From a virus (Duplodnaviria; Heunggongvirae; Uroviricota; Caudoviricetes): 13,530 bases of DNA. Where the stretch lies: IMG/VR virus record IMGVR_UViG_3300044623_001231; one strand, 5' to 3'. The notes beneath the pieces are model-generated. The model was not told the DNA's origin. It saw only the letters and a program-made list of their open reading frames with translations, and did not search any database. A program made the position numbers and the translations under genes. How positions within the stretch are numbered: the first letter of the stretch is position 1; each line of letters opens with the position of its first letter. Positions 7,501 through 12,607 of this stretch are shown one piece after another.

Positions 7501-7802
7501 ATCTCATTTCAGATAACCATTTAGATGGTACCCCCCAAGGGGGTATCTAAGGGTGTCAATCTCCCTACCGGAAAAAAACCAGGCTCGATACGAGAACAGG
7601 TAAGAGCCCCTCGTAACACGTTGACAATCACCTAATTACAAGAAACCTCAGTCCCCCCGTCCTCATTCACAAGCCCTTACCCACGCCCACCTCAAGCGCA
7701 GCTTTAACTCCGCCGGTTAAAGCCCCCACACTCAGGCACTTATCCTCCCTCACCTCCAGCATCTCTTTAGCAGGGGTTTCGGTTAGCCTACCTCACTTAA
7801 AC

Positions 7803-7874
7803 CTTTACTTTAGGGTAAAGTAAAGTTATAGCTTTACTTTTATGTATTAATAGTCAAGTTAAAGCTTTACTTTA
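7803..7874. repeat. CTTTACTTT repeat cluster
   Basis: Direct copies at 7803, 7832 and 7865, plus an inverted copy TAAAGTAAAG at 7816-7825 that forms a perfect 10-bp stem with 7803-7812. Confidence 0.8.
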
Positions 7875-8253
7875 GGTACTGCGCTCACTGCGTTCGCTTG
7901 AGCTGTATAGCTTGTATCTCTCTCCCCTATATACTATATGTTGTTATACTCCTATACTCCTATGTATTCTTTTTCTTCTCTATACTACTATACACTATAT
8001 ACCCCTTTATACTATCCGGTATATTACCATTAGGTATATTCTTAGCTATATTATTTTTATCAGATGTGTCCGGCTTCGAGTTCTCCAGGTAAGAATTTCA
8101 AACCCATAGGAATATTCCACCTGCCCCCTACGTTTTATATACGGAGGGATGGAATTTGTTACCCGGTAAGAAAAATGAACTGAACGGATTATTCCACCCT
8201 ACCCTATTGCATACAAGCGCTTGGATGGATTTTCTTACCCTGGCAATAGGGCA

Positions 8254-8282
8254 TAAGAAAAGGGGTATATCTCTATACCCCT
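8254..8282 (-). terminator. Intrinsic terminator of the tRNA-like unit
   Basis: Perfect 9-bp stem AGGGGTATA/TATACCCCT with a 4-nt loop, followed on the minus strand by TTTCTTA. Confidence 0.75.
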
Positions 8283-8328
8283 ATTTCTCCCTTAAATTAA
8301 TTAACCCCTTAATTAATAATATATTTCT

Positions 8329-8541
8329 TTAATATAGCTTTGGGACCACTAGCTCCACATAGGCCATTTCGTATGCATCTATATATGGTGTAGAATCTTC
8401 TCCAAATCTTCTTTGAAGCTCTTTAGCCAATCTATCTACCTCATCACCCATTCCTATGGATTCGGATTTAATCCTATACTCATCTACTCTTTCGTATATG
8501 CTCTCCAAGTCCCAGCTGTTCAGCGATTCGTATCCACTCAT
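8329..8541 (-). CDS. Hypothetical acidic protein
   Basis: 70-aa ORF that ends just upstream of the terminator. Confidence 0.65.
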   Translation of the reverse strand: MSGYESLNSWDLESIYERVDEYRIKSESIGMGDEVDRLAKELQRRFGEDSTPYIDAYEMAYVELVVPKLY

Positions 8542-8773
8542 TTGCGTTCTTTATTATTTTATGTTGTTGTTCTATCATGTGATTGAGGAATACCTCAACC
8601 GCTTGTTCTCTACTCCACTTCTTAGGATATACCAACCTATTACCCATTGGTATATACTCTTTTTTAATAAGCCCACTTCCTTTCGGTTCTTCCAATAGAA
8701 ACCACTCACCATCTACCTCTTTGAGATAGAGTAGGTTTTGTTGTTCTCTATTATTAGCTACCTGCTCTCCCAT
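8480..8773 (-). CDS. Hypothetical protein
   Basis: Start moved to ATG 8773 (MGEQVANN) with the A-rich leader AATAAAAGTGAAT. The longer TTG start would lie inside the tRNA-like element. Confidence 0.7.
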   Translation of the reverse strand: MGEQVANNREQQNLLYLKEVDGEWFLLEEPKGSGLIKKEYIPMGNRLVYPKKWSREQAVEVFLNHMIEQQHKIIKNANEWIRIAEQLGLGEHIRKSR

Positions 8774-8788
8774 ATTCACTTTTATTCG

Positions 8789-8860
8789 AGCGGAGAGTTG
8801 GAGCCGCCCCAACACCTTCTACCTGGTAGGTAGATGTCTTACTCTCAAGACCTCCTCCGC
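8789..8860 (-). tRNA. Atypical tRNA-Gly-like RNA, anticodon ACC (copy 2)
   Basis: GCGGAGG AG GTCT TGAGAGTA AGAC A TCTAC CT-ACC-AG GTAGA AGGT GTTGG GGCGGCT CCAAC TCTCCGC T. Complete 7/4/5/5 cloverleaf with U73, non-canonical T-loop, no encoded CCA. Confidence 0.85.
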
Positions 8861-8959
8861 AATTAATAGAACGATATCCGGCTTTAGTATCCCACTGCCT
8901 TATTGCAGTAGTATTCACACATTCGGTTTTATTAGATGTTGGCTTCAACCATTCTTTTG

Positions 8960-9031
8960 AGCGGAGAGATGAAACCGCCTCACCTCCTCCATATTGGTAA
9001 TATGGCGACTTTCTCTTAAGTCTTTCTCCGC
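8960..9031 (-). tRNA. Atypical tRNA-Gly-like RNA, anticodon ACC (copy 1)
   Basis: GCGGAGA AA GACT TAAGAGAA AGTC G CCATA TT-ACC-AA TATGG AGGA GGTGA GGCGGTT TCATC TCTCCGC T. Complete cloverleaf with U73, non-canonical T-loop, no encoded CCA. Confidence 0.85.
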
Positions 9032-9077
9032 AAATATCTTAGTAACGTTAGAGTTCTGTCTCAATCACATCACTATG

Positions 9078-9127
9078 TAAAGATACGAAATTTAATCGAT
9101 ATATCCTAATTAAATCTCTTTTATTTT
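9078..9127 (-). promoter_or_regulatory. Degenerate Bacteroidota-type promoter driving the tRNA-like pair
   Basis: -7 TATCTTTA (9085-9078), 20-nt spacer, -33 TTAG (9109-9106), AAAATA at 9127-9122. Confidence 0.65.
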
Positions 9128-9351
9128 ATAGAGAGGCCAGCCAATTGGCTCAAACTCTCTGAAAAATCTACACCGGCAATAACATTGCTTTCCTTTGGAA
9201 CCCCATTAGTTTCCCACTCCCTATTAATGAAGTAATCTAACTTACGATGAGCTGAATCAACTCCTCTTAGGTCACCACTAGCTACAGCCTCATTTAGCTG
9301 TGCAGTCCAATATTTGATTTTAGGCCAATAGCCACTTTCATACTTACTCAT
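9121..9351 (-). CDS. Hypothetical protein
   Basis: 76-aa ORF preceded by the TTTAAACCCTTA motif. Confidence 0.78.
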   Translation of the reverse strand: MSKYESGYWPKIKYWTAQLNEAVASGDLRGVDSAHRKLDYFINREWETNGVPKESNVIAGVDFSESLSQLAGLSIK

Positions 9352-9376
9352 ATCTTTTATCTTTTAAGGGTTTAAA

Positions 9377-9652
9377 TTAAGAACACATAGCGTTCCATAC
9401 TAACCACGATGGAGTTCTCTTCACTCCGGCCGCTGGTTTAACATTGTTATACTCTGAGGGAACCTCAGCCGTAACAGCTACGTTACCACAATCACTTATC
9501 GATAACAACACACTATTGAGGGTAGAGGAATGGTTATCTGAGAATCTCTTCCCAATCATAGACCTCAACTCATCAATCTTACTACCAACCTGAGTAGTTG
9601 TAATACTATTCAACTGCTCATTCATTCTGTCAATCACACTTAAATTTATCAT
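9377..9652 (-). CDS. Hypothetical protein
   Basis: Start moved to ATG 9652 (MINLSVIDR), 6 nt after the TAAACCCCTA leader motif. Confidence 0.75.
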   Translation of the reverse strand: MINLSVIDRMNEQLNSITTTQVGSKIDELRSMIGKRFSDNHSSTLNSVLLSISDCGNVAVTAEVPSEYNNVKPAAGVKRTPSWLVWNAMCS

Positions 9653-9665
9653 ATCTCTTAGGGGT

Positions 9666-9881
9666 TTAATTAAGTTCAATTTCAACTTCCGAACCATCAC
9701 TAGCGAATACACTCCTATCGTTGTAATCAGGTAGGGTTACGTTATAGAAACCTTCGTTGAAATCCGTAAGGGTTACATCCAACCATTCGGTTTCGATTTT
9801 ATTAGTTTCACAATATACTTCAAACTGTACCGGGTTCATACCAGCGGTTTCTTTGATTAGTTGTTGTAATGTAATTTTCAT
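9666..9881 (-). CDS. Hypothetical acidic protein
   Basis: Start moved to ATG 9881 (MKITLQQL), 3 nt after TTTAAACCCCTTA. Confidence 0.78.
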   Translation of the reverse strand: MKITLQQLIKETAGMNPVQFEVYCETNKIETEWLDVTLTDFNEGFYNVTLPDYNDRSVFASDGSEVEIELN

Positions 9882-9925
9882 TTTTAAGGGGTTTAAAGGT
9901 TTAATCACTCTCTCAATCTTATACT

Positions 9926-9975
9926 CTAATATACGAATAATAATTGAGACCTACAAGCCTTTTTTCAACTATTTT
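9926..9975 (-). promoter_or_regulatory. Bacteroidota-type promoter
   Basis: -7 TATATTAG (9933-9926), 20-nt spacer, -33 CTTG (9957-9954), AAAATA at 9975-9970. Confidence 0.75.
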
Positions 9976-9977
9976 AA

Positions 9978-10015
9978 TAAAAAAGGGATAGGACCGGCCT
10001 ACTGCTGGTCCTATC
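9978..10015 (-). terminator. Intrinsic terminator
   Basis: GATAGGACCAGC-AGTAG-GCCGGTCCTATC stem followed by CCTTTTTTA on the minus strand, just after the 10027 stop. Confidence 0.85.
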
Positions 10016-10026
10016 ACCTAATGTTA

Positions 10027-10311
10027 TTAAGCGAACATTTCTTTCTTAATCTCACGAGCCTTCTTTAAAGAAGTAGTGAATTGAGATTGACCTGCTACTC
10101 TAACTCTATAAGCTACACGGCCTGTGGCGTATGTAATCTTTTGAACGTTAGATACTGGTGTTTCATACAAATTCTTAGCTACTGCTTTACGATTAGTAAC
10201 CTTAGTTGATTTTGCTGATTTTGTTGATTTTGCCGGTGTGAACTTTACATCACTACCTAGGTTCTTGCTACCTTTGAAGGTAACGTTTGTAACTTTTGAC
10301 TTATTAGCCAT
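10027..10311 (-). CDS. Small Lys/Thr/Ser-rich basic protein, possibly nucleic-acid binding
   Basis: AKSTKSAKSTK repeat and C-terminal YRVRVAG...SLKKAREIK. Has its own promoter and terminator. Confidence 0.8.
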   Translation of the reverse strand: MANKSKVTNVTFKGSKNLGSDVKFTPAKSTKSAKSTKVTNRKAVAKNLYETPVSNVQKITYATGRVAYRVRVAGQSQFTTSLKKAREIKKEMFA

Positions 10312-10367
10312 AATTGTTGTTTGGTTGACCTGTACGCCATAAGGTTTTTTGTTTTAATAATGTACCA

Positions 10368-10399
10368 CTAAGATACTAAAAATTTTCCAATCTACCAAA
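10368..10399 (-). promoter_or_regulatory. Bacteroidota-type promoter
   Basis: -7 TATCTTAG (10375-10368), 20-nt spacer, -33 TTTG (10399-10396). Confidence 0.7.
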
Positions 10400-10405
10400 T
10401 TTATT

Positions 10406-10612
10406 TTAATAGAATAGGGATAGGGCCGCTCTCATCCCTTCCGTTGTCGATTTGTGAACCGATGATGGGATAGGGTTTAGGGTAGGTGAATCCTTATATT
10501 CCTTAAGGGCCGCTTTGATAGCTCCCTTACGGGTCTTAGCCCATACGGTATTCCAACCTCCACCTTCGAACGTAAACATATACTCTTTTAATTGTATAGT
10601 ACTCATATTCAA
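10406..10612 (-). CDS. Hypothetical phage protein
   Basis: 68-aa ORF abutting the upstream stop. Confidence 0.75.
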   Translation of the reverse strand: MNMSTIQLKEYMFTFEGGGWNTVWAKTRKGAIKAALKEYKDSPTLNPIPSSVHKSTTEGMRAALSLFY

Positions 10613-11185
10613 TTATTTAACGTAAATTAATGCTTTATCAATATTGGTTTGAGGAACTTTGTAACTCAATACCTTTTCAATGGCTTTCTCCAATGTAAGT
10701 ACTCCCCACACATATTCACCAGCCATCATACTTTTCAACATACGAACACAATCACCTACTGAACCAAACATTGGTTTGTTGTTAGTATGAACATACTTAA
10801 CACCAGCTTCGATATCCATTCCCTTCTCAGTCTTAACACCGGAGTTCTCATAGTAATCGTAAGTCTCATCCCATCCGTTATATTTTCCATATTCGAATTG
10901 GTTAGCGAAACGATTGATATCGTTGTAGGTTTCAACCTCAACCTCTGAACCATTTGGGTTCGATACATAAACATCTAAGGAGTTACCACCAGCGAATGAT
11001 GATGATTTAACTGAACATACCACATTTGGGTATTTTGCTTTAACAAATTGTTTCACCATTGAGGAGGCGATTGGACCACGTCCGTAAACATAAGGGGTAA
11101 CACCATCATTACGGAACCTAACAGAATCAGATGGTAAACTCATTTTGATTCCTTCTACTACTACGTTGATTTTCTTACTTTTCAT
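10613..11185 (-). CDS. LPD29-like (large polyvalent protein-associated domain) protein
   Basis: KQFVKAKYPNVVCSVKSSSFAGGNSLDVYV...FEYGKYNGWDETYDY resembles the LPD29 pattern (recognised by eye). Confidence 0.6.
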   Translation of the reverse strand: MKSKKINVVVEGIKMSLPSDSVRFRNDGVTPYVYGRGPIASSMVKQFVKAKYPNVVCSVKSSSFAGGNSLDVYVSNPNGSEVEVETYNDINRFANQFEYGKYNGWDETYDYYENSGVKTEKGMDIEAGVKYVHTNNKPMFGSVGDCVRMLKSMMAGEYVWGVLTLEKAIEKVLSYKVPQTNIDKALIYVK

Positions 11186-11242
11186 CTTTTATTAATTTTA
11201 GGGTTTTAAGGGTTTAAATCGGTGGGAACATCTCTCCCACTC

Positions 11243-11330
11243 TTACTATACTAAAGTACGACATTTATTTGACATACACAAGCCTTTTGCCATTTATTTT
11301 CAAAAAAAGTCGTAACGTGTTGATTACCAA
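11243..11330. repeat. Promoter-cassette repeat, copy A (similar to 12028-12116; shorter similarity to 13445-13501 and 9918-9975)
   Basis: Shared blocks TTACTATACTAAAGTAC, TTGACATAYACAAGCCTTT, CCATTTATTTT(T)CAAAAAA and AACGnGTTGATnAnCAA. Confidence 0.8.
11251..11300 (-). promoter_or_regulatory. Bacteroidota-type promoter
   Basis: -7 TACTTTAG (11258-11251), 20-nt spacer, -33 CTTG (11282-11279), AAAATA at 11300-11295. Confidence 0.75.
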
Positions 11331-11339
11331 TGAGATTAA

Positions 11340-11432
11340 TTAGGTAACCAATTCGGCTATAATATACATAAGGCAAAACCATATCACTACGGCTATGATA
11401 TACATATACTTGTTTAAAAATCGTTTTATCAT
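11340..11432 (-). CDS. 30-aa membrane micropeptide (not in ORF track)
   Basis: MIKRFLNKYMYIIAVVIWFCLMYIIAELVT, starting 9 nt after the 11442 stop. Confidence 0.55.
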   Translation of the reverse strand: MIKRFLNKYMYIIAVVIWFCLMYIIAELVT

Positions 11433-11441
11433 ACGTTTCTA

Positions 11442-11894
11442 TTAAGCGGCTTGTAACTCATTCATTACGAATGATTTACATGAGTGCCATTTGGTATTCA
11501 TCGATTTCCATATATTCCAGTCAACCATCTTAGGGAATGCTCCATGCATATCACCAACAGTCAAACTCTCCAATAGATTCTTATCGATACTATTCCATTT
11601 ACCACCTTTGATGGTTAGGATATTAAACCAATAAGATTTTCCATCAATTACTCGTTCCATCTGAACCACAGTGGTGTTCTTACTTAGGTAGTAAGGTAGG
11701 TTCTCTATCTTACACTCAACATCACCAATGACTGGGAATCCAGCTCTAGCTTTGGCTGTGTAACGGAATCGTTGTTCTTTTCCTAACTCAGTTAAATTAC
11801 TTACTCCAACGGTGTTTCCGTTGATTCTCATTGTACCATAGAATACATCACCACTCATAGTGCCTGTATTGATTGTGATTAAGGGGTTGTTCAT
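11442..11894 (-). CDS. Hypothetical protein
   Basis: 150-aa ORF preceded by TTTAAACCCTTAAATAAATAAT. Confidence 0.82.
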   Translation of the reverse strand: MNNPLITINTGTMSGDVFYGTMRINGNTVGVSNLTELGKEQRFRYTAKARAGFPVIGDVECKIENLPYYLSKNTTVVQMERVIDGKSYWFNILTIKGGKWNSIDKNLLESLTVGDMHGAFPKMVDWNIWKSMNTKWHSCKSFVMNELQAA

Positions 11895-12027
11895 ATTATT
11901 TATTTAAGGGTTTAAAAATCATTTCAACTTTAGGGGTAGATTCCAACTCAATTGGGTTGGCTCTCATCCTACACTCATTACCAGTAGCCATCAGAACCAT
12001 TATCAATATTATCTTTATCTCTCTCAT

Positions 12028-12116
12028 TACTATACTAAAGTACAATAAATTTTTGACATATACAAGCCTTTCACCATTTATTTTTCAAAAAAGTTCCAAC
12101 GGGTTGATAATCAACC
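12028..12116. repeat. Promoter-cassette repeat, copy B
   Basis: Collinear with 11243-11330 and ends in the perfect inverted repeat GGTTGAT-A-ATCAACC (12102-12116). Confidence 0.8.
12035..12084 (-). promoter_or_regulatory. Bacteroidota-type promoter
   Basis: -7 TACTTTAG (12042-12035), 20-nt spacer, -33 CTTG (12066-12063), AAAATA at 12084-12079. Confidence 0.75.
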
Positions 12117-12129
12117 GAATAGGTTTTGG

Positions 12130-12309
12130 TTAGGTATATACCAATTCCTCTATATCAGATACCGCTAATCCCACCTCATGCGATTCGGAACCTCCACCCT
12201 CTACCTCATCACAGGCCAGCTGATAGAATTCCAATATCTCATCCTTATAAATCGGATGTAACCTAATCAGTTTAGTAACGTACTCTCTTAACTCCATTAG
12301 TGTGTTCAT
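12130..12309 (-). CDS. 59-aa acidic hypothetical protein (not in ORF track)
   Basis: MNTLMELREYVTKLIRLHPIYKDEILEFYQLACDEVEGGGSESHEVGLAVSDIEELVYT, with an ATGA overlap on the upstream stop. Confidence 0.75.
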   Translation of the reverse strand: MNTLMELREYVTKLIRLHPIYKDEILEFYQLACDEVEGGGSESHEVGLAVSDIEELVYT

Positions 12310-12515
12310 AGTACTGGATATCCTTTAACAATGTTAACAATCGCTTGAATCTTTGGTGATGTGGCTCCTTCCAATTCCTTATATAGGTACCCATCAAAAA
12401 GTCCGTAGAGTTGGTTCATCAAATGAAATCCCTCCACCTCACCAATTAAATTTAAAACGGCTTCCCTAACCTCTCCGGTCATATGGGCGTGTCTGTCGAA
12501 TCGTGTGTAACTCAT
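12306..12515 (-). CDS. Hypothetical protein
   Basis: 69-aa ORF in a tight run. Confidence 0.75.
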   Translation of the reverse strand: MSYTRFDRHAHMTGEVREAVLNLIGEVEGFHLMNQLYGLFDGYLYKELEGATSPKIQAIVNIVKGYPVL

Positions 12516-12522
12516 ATCTTAA

Positions 12523-12597
12523 TTATTTTCGTTTTCGAAGTTCGGTGTTGATTGAAGCAAGGTACATTACCGTTACTATTAATAGGAATATTATCAT
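12523..12597 (-). CDS. 24-aa hydrophobic micropeptide (not in ORF track)
   Basis: MIIFLLIVTVMYLASINTELRKRK. It fills the gap between 12608 and 12515 and has an A-rich leader. Confidence 0.5.
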   Translation of the reverse strand: MIIFLLIVTVMYLASINTELRKRK

Positions 12598-12607
12598 CTC
12601 TTTTCGT

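Larger units (their letters stand above)
7501..8328. other. Long non-coding island rich in repeats and hairpins (origin or structured-element candidate)
   Basis: No credible ORF. Contains hairpins at 7521-7550, 7701-7723 and 7803-7825, CTTTACTTT repeats, a TATAC cluster, GGTAAGA repeats and strong C/G strand asymmetry. Confidence 0.55.

Noticed and set aside
7521-7550. Hairpin TTAGATGGTACCCCCCAAGGGGGTATCTAA as a terminator
   Set aside because: No U-tract on either strand and no gene ends nearby. It is kept only as part of the non-coding island.
7898-8109. Plus-strand ORFs 7898..8092 and 7912..8109
   Set aside because: Products of the low-complexity TATAC/pyrimidine block, giving Y/I/L-rich pseudo-hydrophobic translations with no initiation context.
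7501-8328. CRISPR array or mini-array
   Set aside because: Repeats are short (5-11 bp), irregularly spaced and in mixed orientation, with no constant repeat-spacer period.
4907-8541. Long same-strand gene overlaps (4907-4980, 7083-7132, 8480-8541) as frameshift or recoding signals
   Set aside because: All are in the frame where ATG cannot overlap a stop directly, so run-on tails are expected. No slippery site plus structure was seen.
8456-8698. Plus-strand 80-aa ORF
   Set aside because: Antisense shadow of two minus-strand genes.
8754-8948. Minus-strand 64-aa ORF
   Set aside because: Runs through the tRNA-like element 8789-8860, whose covariation explains the sequence better.
8868-8954. 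Possible third tRNA in the spacer between the two cloverleafs
   Set aside because: A 7-bp closing stem (GAATGGT/ATCGTTC) and a hairpin CTACTGC/GCAGTGG exist, but there is no T arm or anticodon arm in register. It may still be a structured spacer.
9757-10974. ORFs 9757..10068 (+) and 10756..10974 (-, alternate frame)
   Set aside because: The first crosses a promoter and terminator antisense to real genes. The second is nested out of frame in the LPD29-like gene.
11896-12027. 43-aa ORF MREIKIILIMVLMATGNEC... starting at the predicted start site
   Set aside because: Its ATG arises within the GAGAGAG leader shared by other cassettes, it would be nearly leaderless, and it has no proper lipobox. 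It is possible but not supportable.
12102-12116. FNR or Fur box assignment for the palindrome
   Set aside because: The spacer length does not fit FNR (TTGAT-N4-ATCAA), and only a partial GATAATCA matches the Fur box.
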